DNA from: an uncultured Thermoplasmata archaeon
GTDB taxonomy: Archaea > Thermoplasmatota > Thermoplasmata > RBG-16-68-12
Assembly (NCBI GenBank): GCA_963768855.1
Contig: CAVYJM010000006.1
Coordinates: forward strand, 448,001-512,000
Direction of reading: 5' to 3'
DNA length: 64,000 nucleotides
Below are positions 42,367-52,558 of the stretch, in pieces. A program made the translations under genes and the position numbers. The first letter of the stretch is position 1. Every line of letters begins with the position of its first letter. The notes under the pieces are model-generated. The model was not told the origin of the DNA and ran no database searches. It saw only the letters and a list, made by a program, of their open reading frames with translations.

Positions 42367-42663
42367 TCACACCGGCCGCTTGCACGTCGAGCAGACGAGC
42401 CGGCAGTCCCTCTTGCATTCCTGGCACACGCCGTGCAGGAACTCTTCTCGGACGGGGGCGTGGTGGCAGTCGCTCACGGCGGTCACGAGGCGTCCGCAGT
42501 AGCGGCACAGGTGCTGCACGGGCCGTTTCTTCGCGACATACCGCTGATACGCCATCAGGATCGCGAGGACGAGGACGAGGAGACCGATGATGATCGCGAC
42601 GGCGAAGCACTGGAGGCTTCCCTCGACCGCCTGGTAGGGGAGGGAGGCCCAGGGGACGCCCAC
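42367..42663 (-). CDS. Small membrane-anchored Cys/His-rich protein
   Basis: One TM helix then CRYC..CHH..CQEC..C..CSTC; leaderless GTG about 25 nt after TTTTAC. Confidence 0.75.
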   Translation of the reverse strand: MGVPWASLPYQAVEGSLQCFAVAIIIGLLVLVLAILMAYQRYVAKKRPVQHLCRYCGRLVTAVSDCHHAPVREEFLHGVCQECKRDCRLVCSTCKRPV

Positions 42664-42740
42664 GGCCCGGCATGGGACGACATCGGTAAAAGGGTTGGCG
42701 CAGGGACAAGGATAAATCGGGACGGGACTCTCTCGCCCTC

Positions 42741-43553
42741 GTGGCGGCGGAGGATCCGCGTTCCGTCCTGCGCGAGCTGGGCGTCCGTCCGAGCAAGTCC
42801 CGGGGTCAGCATTTCCTCGTCGACACCCGGGTGGCGGCGCGCCAGCTCGGCTACGCGGACCTGCATCCGTCGGATGTGGTCCTGGAGATCGGACCCGGCC
42901 TGGGCGTGCTCACCCGGGGCCTGGTCGAGCGGGTCCGGCGGGTGATCGCGATCGAATCGGATCGTCGGTTCGCGGAATACCTGCGGAAGGCCGTCCCCGC
43001 GGCGGAGATCCTGCACGCGGACGCGCTGAAGGTCGAGTGGCCGGACTTCGACGTGATGGTCTCGAACCTCCCGTATCAGATCTCGTCCCCGCTCACCTTC
43101 CGCCTCCTGGCGATGCCGTTCGATCATGCGGTCCTCATGTACCAGTGGGAGTTCGCGAGGCGGATGGTTGCTGCCCCCGGGACGGCGGACTACTCCCGCC
43201 TGAGCGTCGGCGTGTACGTGCGCGCGGCCTGCACGATCCTCGAGCGCGTGCCCCGGAACGCCTTCCAGCCGCAGCCCAAGGTGAACTCCGCCCTCGTCCG
43301 CCTGGAGCCGCGGCCGAGCCCCTTCCCGATCGCCGATCCGGACCGCTTCGATGCGGTGGTCACGGCCCTGTTCGTGCACCGCCGCAAGATCGTGGAGAAC
43401 GGCCTTCGCCTCGCGTGGCGGTCCTTCGCCGACTCCCCGCAGGCTCTCGAGGCCGCCCTCACCGACCTCCCGTTCCGCGGGCGGCGGGTCGAGGAGCTGA
43501 GGCCCGAAGACGTCGAACAGATAGCCGAAGCGATGATACGGGCGAAAAGTTAA
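42741..43553 (+). CDS. ksgA: 16S rRNA dimethyladenosine transferase
   Basis: GQHFL, LEIGPGLG, VSNLPYQISSP, FQPQPKVNS. Confidence 0.96.
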   Translation: MAAEDPRSVLRELGVRPSKSRGQHFLVDTRVAARQLGYADLHPSDVVLEIGPGLGVLTRGLVERVRRVIAIESDRRFAEYLRKAVPAAEILHADALKVEWPDFDVMVSNLPYQISSPLTFRLLAMPFDHAVLMYQWEFARRMVAAPGTADYSRLSVGVYVRAACTILERVPRNAFQPQPKVNSALVRLEPRPSPFPIADPDRFDAVVTALFVHRRKIVENGLRLAWRSFADSPQALEAALTDLPFRGRRVEELRPEDVEQIAEAMIRAKS

Positions 43554-43598
43554 TGGCTCCACCCCAAATAGCGCCCCCTCGCTTCCCTGGGGGGCGCA

Positions 43599-44465
43599 AT
43601 GGTCCGGAAGAAGACCTTTTCTGAGCTGCAGCAGGCCGAGATCAAGCTGGAATCCCTGCTCGAGAAGCGGGACGCCCTGAACCAGGAAGCCCAACTCGCC
43701 CGCCAGGAACGGGACATGGTCCATGACAAGAAGCGGGAGATGTCCGCGGCGTTGCGGGAGATTAAGGACCGTCGCGGAACCCTCGCGGCCGAGGCCCGCG
43801 CCCACCGCGCGAAGCGCGACGAGTACCAGGGCAAGGCGAAGGCCCTCATCGAGCTGAAGCGGAAGCTCCGCTCCCAGGGCGGCCTCTCCGCGTCCGAGGA
43901 GCTTCGGAGCCTGAAGCGGCGCACCCAGGCGATGGAGCTCAAGCAGCAGACCGCCTCTCTCACCCTCGCCGAGGAGAACGAGCTCATCGACGAGATCAAG
44001 GAGCACGTCAAGCGCGTGAAGGAGCTCCAATCCTTGAAGGAGGAGCAGGACAAGATCACGAAAGAGGTCAAGGACCTCGACGGGACGATCACGGACCTCT
44101 TCGCGAAGGCGGACGCGGAGCACAAGATCGCGTCGGAGCTCAGCGACCAGGCCCAGGCGGTCCACCAGGAGACTCTCGAGCTCGTCCAAGGGATCTCGGC
44201 CCTGATCGTCGAAGGCAACCAGAAGCACGAGGCCTACCTCGAGGCGCGGTCGAAGGCGGACGAGGTCCATGCGAAGGTCGTCGAGCTGCGCGAGAAGGTC
44301 CTCTCGATTCGGGGCGCGCAGCGCGCGGAGCAGCGCGAGTCGCGCGAGCTCCTCCGCAATCAGAACCGCTCCGTGCGGCGGGCGCTCTACGACGAGAAGA
44401 AGCTCGAGGAGGCGGCCGACCAGGCCGTCAAGGCCCTCCTGCAGAAGGGCCGCGTGGAGATCTGA
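43599..44465 (+). CDS. Archaeal coiled-coil protein (COG1340-like)
   Basis: Heptad-rich throughout; QQTASLTLAEENELI signature; C-terminal LLQKGRVEI. Confidence 0.8.
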   Translation: MVRKKTFSELQQAEIKLESLLEKRDALNQEAQLARQERDMVHDKKREMSAALREIKDRRGTLAAEARAHRAKRDEYQGKAKALIELKRKLRSQGGLSASEELRSLKRRTQAMELKQQTASLTLAEENELIDEIKEHVKRVKELQSLKEEQDKITKEVKDLDGTITDLFAKADAEHKIASELSDQAQAVHQETLELVQGISALIVEGNQKHEAYLEARSKADEVHAKVVELREKVLSIRGAQRAEQRESRELLRNQNRSVRRALYDEKKLEEAADQAVKALLQKGRVEI

Positions 44466-44467
44466 CG

Positions 44468-45538
44468 ATGAAGGCGGTCGTCCTGGCGGGCGGGGAGGGG
44501 ACGCGCCTCAAGCCCCTGACGTACAAGCGGCCGAAACCGCTCATGCCCGTCGCGGGGCGGCCGTGCATCGAATACGTGATCCGGTCCCTCGTCGCCTCCG
44601 GATTCCAGGAGATCATCACGACGACTGCGTACCTCAGCGACACCCTGATCAAGAGCATCGGGGACGGCGTCGACTACAACGCGTCCATCCTGTACAGCTT
44701 CGAGGCGAACCCGGCGGGAACCGCGGGCGCGGTGCGGCGGGTCGCGAACTTCATCGACGACACGTTCGTGGTCGCGATGGGCGACATCCTCGCCGACGTG
44801 GACTTCCGTGCGTTGTACGACTTCCACAAGCGCAAGGGAGGCATCGTGACGATCGCCCTGACCGAGGTCGAGGACCCGACCCAGTATGGGATCGTGGGGC
44901 TCGACGCGCGAGGGCGGATCATCAAATTCAAGGAGAAGCCGCCGAAGGAGGAGGCGTTCTCCAACCTCGCGAACGCGGGGATCTACGTCTGCGAACCGGA
45001 CATCCTCGACTTCATCCCCGCGGATCAGAAGTTCGACTTCTCCAAGGACCTGTTTCCCAAGCTCCTCTCCAAAGGGCTCGTCCTGTACGGGCAGAAGATC
45101 GAGGGCACCTGGATGGACATCGGGCGGCCGCACGACCTGTGGAAGGCGTCCATGGAGGTCGTGCGCCGCGAGGGCAAGCCCTTGCGCCGCGCTGGGATCG
45201 TCAGTGAAGGTCCGGTGATCTTGGACCCGAGCGCGGTCCTCGAGGCTGGCGTCACGCTGACGGGCCCCTGCTACGTCGGACCCGGCGCCACCCTTCGTCG
45301 GGAGAGCGTCGCGGACAACGCCTGCCTCTATGAAGCCACGCGGCTCGAGGGAAGGGCGGTCGTCCGGAAGAGCATCGTCCTCGAGGGCAGCATCGTGGGC
45401 CCGGGGGCCGAGATCCTGGACAGCGTCGTCTCCCAGAACTGCGTGATCGGGGAGGGCGCCCACATCTCGGGCAGCATCATCGGGGACGACATGACCGTCC
45501 GCGCGGGGTCTCGCCTCGAGAATGCGACGGTCTCCTGA
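44468..45538 (+). CDS. NDP-sugar pyrophosphorylase (mannose-1-P guanylyltransferase-like)
   Basis: LAGGEGTRLKPLT, GTAGAV, FKEKP, WMDIG, C-terminal hexapeptide repeats. Confidence 0.9.
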   Translation: MKAVVLAGGEGTRLKPLTYKRPKPLMPVAGRPCIEYVIRSLVASGFQEIITTTAYLSDTLIKSIGDGVDYNASILYSFEANPAGTAGAVRRVANFIDDTFVVAMGDILADVDFRALYDFHKRKGGIVTIALTEVEDPTQYGIVGLDARGRIIKFKEKPPKEEAFSNLANAGIYVCEPDILDFIPADQKFDFSKDLFPKLLSKGLVLYGQKIEGTWMDIGRPHDLWKASMEVVRREGKPLRRAGIVSEGPVILDPSAVLEAGVTLTGPCYVGPGATLRRESVADNACLYEATRLEGRAVVRKSIVLEGSIVGPGAEILDSVVSQNCVIGEGAHISGSIIGDDMTVRAGSRLENATVS

Positions 45539-45574
45539 GTCACGCAGGCCCGTCCGAGACCGCCCCATCACGAC

Positions 45575-46891
45575 CTAACGGGTGAGAGCCCGTCCCTTGC
45601 GGATCCGACCGCGTTTCACGACGGCTTCCGCCGAGTCGCCGCCCAGGCGGTAGCCGAGATGATGGTACGTGGGGGCATCCAACACCACCAGGTCCGCGAG
45701 CTTGCCCCGCTCGATTGAACCGACCTCGTCGCCGCGACCGATCGCGCATGCGGCGTTCATCGTGGCCGCGACGATGGCCTCCGCGGGCAGGAGGCGGTTG
45801 TGGTGGCATGCGAGGGCGATCACGAACTGCATCGACTCGCACCAGGCGTTCGGGTTGAAGTCCGTCCCCAGCGCGACGGGCACCCCGGCCGCGATCCATC
45901 GGCGGCCGTCCACGTAGGGCACCCGCGAAGCGAGCGAGGTGGCGGGGAGCACGGTGGCGATGACCCCTGTGCGGGCCATGGCCTCCATGCCCGCGTCCGA
46001 GGTGTGGAGGAGATGATCTGCGGACACGGCCCGGACGTCCGCCGCGACGGCGGCGCCCCCGGAGTCCCCCAGTTCATCGGCATGGATCTTCGGCCGCAAC
46101 CCGAGGGAGGCTGCCTTCCCCAGGAGGCGTCGCGCCTGCTCGGCCGAGAAGTATCCTTCGTCCACGAAGATGTCGCAGAACGTCGCGGCCCGGGCCAGGG
46201 ATACGGCCGGGAGGCTCTCCGAGAGCAGGAGCTCGATGTATGCATCCGAGCGGCCCTCGAACTCGGGCGGGATCGCGTGCGCCCCCAGGAACGTAGGCAC
46301 CACGTCCACGCCGGCCACGCGGCCCGCCTCGGCCGCGGCGCGGAGCATCTTCAGCTCGTCCGCCGTGCGCAGGCCATACCCGCTCTTGACCTCGACGGTC
46401 GTGGTGCCGAAGGAGACGAAGGTCAGGAGCCGGTCAAGGGCCAGGCGCACGAGCGCGGACTCCTCGGCCTCGCGCGTCGCCCGCACCGTGTGCAGGATGC
46501 CGCCGCCCCTCGCTGCGATCTCCGCGTAGGACAGCCCCTGGGCCTTCCACTCGACCTCCCGTTCGCGGGAGCCTGCGAAGACGGTATGGGTGTGCGCGTC
46601 GACGAGCCCGGGCAGCACGACCTTGCCGGATGCGTCCAGCGTGGTCGCGGCCCGCGGGTGCCGAGACAGGATCTCCGGGGTCGTCCCGAGGTCCACGATC
46701 CGCTCCCCCTCGACGTACACGGCCCCGTCCTCGATGATGCCGAGCTGGGAGGCGGCCTCCCGGATGCGAGGACCGCGGGGACCGCGGAGGGTGAGCAGCT
46801 CGCTCGCGTGAACGACGAGCAGGGACCGGGGCGCCACCGCGGCCTCGCCGCGGACCGCGCGGATCTTGTGCGCCTGTGCGGCGGGTCTCAT
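45575..46891 (-). CDS. hutI: Imidazolonepropionase
   Basis: LVDAHTHTVFAGSR, EVKSGYGL, TFLGAH, IHADE, ALGTDFNP; ATGA overlap with mvk. Confidence 0.93.
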   Translation of the reverse strand: MRPAAQAHKIRAVRGEAAVAPRSLLVVHASELLTLRGPRGPRIREAASQLGIIEDGAVYVEGERIVDLGTTPEILSRHPRAATTLDASGKVVLPGLVDAHTHTVFAGSREREVEWKAQGLSYAEIAARGGGILHTVRATREAEESALVRLALDRLLTFVSFGTTTVEVKSGYGLRTADELKMLRAAAEAGRVAGVDVVPTFLGAHAIPPEFEGRSDAYIELLLSESLPAVSLARAATFCDIFVDEGYFSAEQARRLLGKAASLGLRPKIHADELGDSGGAAVAADVRAVSADHLLHTSDAGMEAMARTGVIATVLPATSLASRVPYVDGRRWIAAGVPVALGTDFNPNAWCESMQFVIALACHHNRLLPAEAIVAATMNAACAIGRGDEVGSIERGKLADLVVLDAPTYHHLGYRLGGDSAEAVVKRGRIRKGRALTR

Positions 46892-47811
46892 GGGAGCCTC
46901 CGCACGCCGTCCGGGTCCGAGCGGACCAGGAAGGGCTTCCCGCCCGCCTCACGGATCGCGCGGGCCGTCTTCTCCGGGTCATCCGTCAGGGCGAACATGC
47001 TCCCGCCACCCCCGGCCCCCGTGAGCTTCGCCCCGTAGCTCGAGCCGCGCGCGGCGTAGACGAGTCGGTCGAGGAGCGGGTGGCCGACCCCGAGCGCATT
47101 GAGGAGCTCGTGGTCCCGGTCCATGAGGCGCCCGGCGGCCTCGAAGTCCTTGCGGCGGAGCGCGTCGAGCCCGTCCACGGCGATCTGGCCGATCTCCTTC
47201 ACCATGGCCGCCGCATCGGGCGAGGCATCCACGCGTTTCTTGACGCCCGCGACGAGCGGCCCCGTCGCGGCGCTGAGACCGGTGTTCCCGATCACGAGCG
47301 TGAGCTCGGGCAGGCGGCAGCGGTGGAGGGACCATGCACGCGCGTCGCGGCGGATGGTCCACAGGAGGTCGTCGCCCTCATCCGGTCGGACGAGCACGCC
47401 GCCTCCCGCGGTCGCCGTCGTCGTGTCGATCGGGCTGGCCCGGCCCTGCACCTCGTGCTCGATCTCGAACGCCTCGCGGGCGATACCCTCCCGGTTGAGA
47501 TCCCCCTCCGCCGCGGACACGGCGGCGAGGGTGGCCACGGTCACGGCCGCGGACGATCCGAGCCCCGCGGCGGTGGGGATCATGGATCGGATCTCGATCC
47601 AGAGGGGCCCGCCTTTCCACGACCGTTGCAGGGCCGCCTTCACGTATCGGTACTTCGGCGCGTCCAGGGACGCCCCGTCCACGAGCCACTCGCGGTTCGG
47701 CCGCGCGAAAACCTCCGTCCGCAGGTGAATTGCGGTGCTCAGGGCGGGCTCCCCAAAGACCACCGCGTGCTCTCCGAACAGGATGAGCTTCCCCGGTGCG
47801 GAGGCGGCCAT
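46888..47811 (-). CDS. mvk: Mevalonate kinase (GHMP)
   Basis: PGKLILFGEHAVVFGEPA, IPTAAGLGSSAA, ASPIDT, AKLTGAGGGG. Confidence 0.9.
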   Translation of the reverse strand: MAASAPGKLILFGEHAVVFGEPALSTAIHLRTEVFARPNREWLVDGASLDAPKYRYVKAALQRSWKGGPLWIEIRSMIPTAAGLGSSAAVTVATLAAVSAAEGDLNREGIAREAFEIEHEVQGRASPIDTTTATAGGGVLVRPDEGDDLLWTIRRDARAWSLHRCRLPELTLVIGNTGLSAATGPLVAGVKKRVDASPDAAAMVKEIGQIAVDGLDALRRKDFEAAGRLMDRDHELLNALGVGHPLLDRLVYAARGSSYGAKLTGAGGGGSMFALTDDPEKTARAIREAGGKPFLVRSDPDGVRRLP

Positions 47812-47850
47812 GCGGCCGGCCATTGCTGCAGCCCCGACTTAACCCTATCC

Positions 47851-50052
<2,202 letters not shown>

Positions 50053-50155
50053 TCAGGGGTTCGGGTCGTTCCGCCACGGAGACGGCGACCCATCTCATGA
50101 CTCGGGATAAGCTTCGTGTTGTTCTCCCTCCGTACAGAAAGGGAAAGGGGCCGGG

Positions 50156-50680
50156 TCATTCGACCCGGACCTGCACGGGCTCGCGCGCGTGGTCCGGCTC
50201 CTTCTTGGGGAGGCGGACCTCGAGCACGCCGTCCTTCAGCTTCGCGTCCACCCGATCCGCGACGACTTCCGCGGGGAAGGCGATGCGGCGGTGGAAGGAC
50301 TCATACGCCCGTTCGCGGTACGCGTAGTCCCGTCCGTTCTCCTCTTTCTCGCGGCTCGTCTGCGCCGCCAGCTCGAGGCCGTCCGGGGTCACGCGGAGGT
50401 CAAGGTCCTCCTTCCGGACGCCGGGGAGTTCGGCCGTCAGGACGTACTCCGAGCCGCGGTCCGCGAGGTCCATGAGGGGCCGGCGAACCGCGAGTCCCGC
50501 CTCGCGGTCGAAGGGCGTGAGCGGGACCCCGAGCTTGCGTTCGAACTCCGTGCGGAGGTCGTCGAACCAGCGGTCCAAGTCCTGGAACCAATCCCACGAG
50601 TCGCGGGAGACCAGGCTCGGTCCCGACACGCCCTCCGCGGGCTTCGCAGCGAGATCCGTCTTCTTCTGCTTGCGCATCAT
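50156..50680 (-). CDS. Small heat-shock protein Hsp20
   Basis: AELPGVRKEDL, AKLKDGVLEVRLPK alpha-crystallin motifs; GGAGG SD; TTTATATA box at 50734-50741. Confidence 0.95.
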   Translation of the reverse strand: MMRKQKKTDLAAKPAEGVSGPSLVSRDSWDWFQDLDRWFDDLRTEFERKLGVPLTPFDREAGLAVRRPLMDLADRGSEYVLTAELPGVRKEDLDLRVTPDGLELAAQTSREKEENGRDYAYRERAYESFHRRIAFPAEVVADRVDAKLKDGVLEVRLPKKEPDHAREPVQVRVE

Positions 50681-50833
50681 GTTCGATTCCTCCTGGTGGA
50701 AGACCATTCTGACCAATAATGTGTTTGCAGTTCTATATAAACATTGTTAATTCGGTCCCCCCCGCGTACGTTGCCGCGGCTGGACAACCGCGGCCCTCAA
50801 AGTTCTTAGGCCGGAGGAATCCTGCCTCGCTGG

Positions 50834-51484
50834 TTGCCCGACCCCAGTCCCGACGAGATGCACGGTCCGGTCCGGGAGACATCCCTGGAGGCTCCGTGCC
50901 CGGTCTGCGGCCACAGTCCCCTCTCCGTGCGGTCCCTGCAGATGAACCTGCCCTACTTCGGCGACGCCCTCCAGACCACTCTGGTCTGTCTCGCGTGCGG
51001 CTACCGCCACGGCGACCTGCTCCTGACGCGCCACGGGGAGCCGATGCGCGTCACCCTCCGCGTCGAGCGGCCTGACGCGCTCTCGGCCCGGGTCGCCCGC
51101 TCCTCCTCCGCGACAATCCGAATCCCGGAGCTGGGTGCTTCGATGGAGCCGGGGCCGCGCGCGGAGGCGTTCGTGAGCAACGTCGAAGGCGTCCTCCGCA
51201 AGTTCCTGGACGTCGTCCAGGGCCAGGAGGCGGTCGCCGATTCCCGCTCCCGGCGCGCGACCCTCGCCGCGGTCCGCCGTCGAATCGGCGGCATGATCGA
51301 GGGCAAGGAGCCGTTCACGTTCATCCTGGAGGACCCCACGGGGAACAGCGACGTGCAGCACGAGGATGCCGTGCGGGAAGTGCTTTCCAAAGAGGAGGCG
51401 GCGCGGCTCAAGTCCTCCGAGATGAGCATCGACCTGTCGGACCTCGCGCGGGCCGATGAGGACAGACCGGGGCGTCCCGCCTAG
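50834..51484 (+). CDS. ZPR1-type zinc-finger protein
   Basis: [48 protein letters not shown]. Confidence 0.92.
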   Translation: MPDPSPDEMHGPVRETSLEAPCPVCGHSPLSVRSLQMNLPYFGDALQTTLVCLACGYRHGDLLLTRHGEPMRVTLRVERPDALSARVARSSSATIRIPELGASMEPGPRAEAFVSNVEGVLRKFLDVVQGQEAVADSRSRRATLAAVRRRIGGMIEGKEPFTFILEDPTGNSDVQHEDAVREVLSKEEAARLKSSEMSIDLSDLARADEDRPGRPA

Positions 51485-51654
51485 AGTTCCCGCTTGACCG
51501 TGATCGGGATCGCCTCCGCGTTGAACTCCGTCCAAGCGATCTCGATGGGGTCCACCATACCCACGGGGACGTCCAGCACGATCGGCGCCCCCATGCTGAT
51601 CTGCAGGGCTCGCGCTCCGATGATACGGGCCTTCTCGAAACGGGTGTAACGCAA
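51481..51654 (-). CDS. rpoK: RNA polymerase subunit K (Rpo6)
   Basis: [22 protein letters not shown]; TTG start behind GAGGGAG gives a typical 57 aa. Confidence 0.95.
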   Translation of the reverse strand: MRYTRFEKARIIGARALQISMGAPIVLDVPVGMVDPIEIAWTEFNAEAIPITVKREL

Positions 51655-51660
51655 GGGGCT

Positions 51661-51920
51661 CCCTCGCCAGGTGGCGGGCTGGAGGTCACCCTGGTGCTCG
51701 GGACAGGGCGGCCGTGGCGGCTCGGTAGTGATAGCATCTACTTCAATCTTCGCCATCGGTCCGGGGCGATGCGGCCCGGGCACGGCCCCTGGAGGGTAGC
51801 GGGGGTCGCGTAGCCTGGTGGTTCTGCGCGTAGAGAATCTCTCGTGAGAATTGGACGGGACGCTTCTTGACCCCCCAGGTCTACGACGGTTAGACTTCCC
51901 ACCCCCTTCGAGCCCATCCG
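51661..51920. ncRNA. Candidate structured RNA or leader of unknown identity
   Basis: About 260 nt without a credible ORF, with several 5-9 bp complementary segments (see findings); strand unresolved. Confidence 0.3.
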
Positions 51921-51932
51921 CTAGAGGTTCCC

Positions 51933-52553
51933 ATGGATACCGAGACGTTCCGACAGGCCGCCACCCTCCTTTCCGGCGAGTACAGCCTCTCAATCCTGCG
52001 GGAGCTCCGGGACGGGGGGTGGCACCTCTCGAGCGAGGTCGCCCGGGCGCTGAACATCCACGTGTCCACGGCGTCCCGGTTCCTCCAGCGCCTCGCGGAG
52101 CTCGGCCTCGTGGAGCGGCGGCGGCACGACGCCCGGACGTCGGAGTACCGCGTCCGCTCCGCCCGGGTGTCCCTCGAGGTCGACCTGACGGACGACTCCG
52201 GCCCGTTGCGCGAGGCGGTCGACTTCTATGTCGCGTACTTCCAGTTCCTCTTCCAGGAGATTCGCCATCTCGGACTCCCCAAGATCGAGGGCGAGCTGGA
52301 GCACACCCTGGTCGCGGAACACCAGGAGCTCCGCTCCGTCGTGTTCGAGCAGATGATCGCGGGCAGCCAGGGCGGCATCGACCACCTGCGCGACCTCATG
52401 GCCGCGTTGCACCGAGACCTCTGGGACGTGTGCGCCCAGAGCCTCGGCCGGCCGACGGCCCGCAGGGTGTTCCAGACGGCCCTCCAGGAGGCGATCGGCG
52501 TCCACCCCGACCTCGCCCTCCGCTGCGGACTCGCGCGTCCCCTTGAGGCGTGA
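51933..52553 (+). CDS. ArsR-like winged-helix regulator with helical C-terminal domain
   Basis: [44 protein letters not shown]; stop overlaps the SD of the next gene. Confidence 0.85.
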   Translation: MDTETFRQAATLLSGEYSLSILRELRDGGWHLSSEVARALNIHVSTASRFLQRLAELGLVERRRHDARTSEYRVRSARVSLEVDLTDDSGPLREAVDFYVAYFQFLFQEIRHLGLPKIEGELEHTLVAEHQELRSVVFEQMIAGSQGGIDHLRDLMAALHRDLWDVCAQSLGRPTARRVFQTALQEAIGVHPDLALRCGLARPLEA

Positions 52554-52558
52554 TCCCC

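Noticed and set aside
51661-51920. tRNA, RNase P RNA, SRP RNA or C/D sRNA identity for the rpoK upstream region
   Set aside because: No TTCRA T arm with matching acceptor stem, no GAGGAAAGUCC/ACAGAA P4 elements, no SRP helix 8 motif, no well-spaced C/D boxes.
51655-51993. N-terminally extended RpoK (170-aa ORF, or ATG at 51756)
   Set aside because: TTG at 51654 with an SD gives a normal 57-aa RpoK; the upstream translation has non-coding character.
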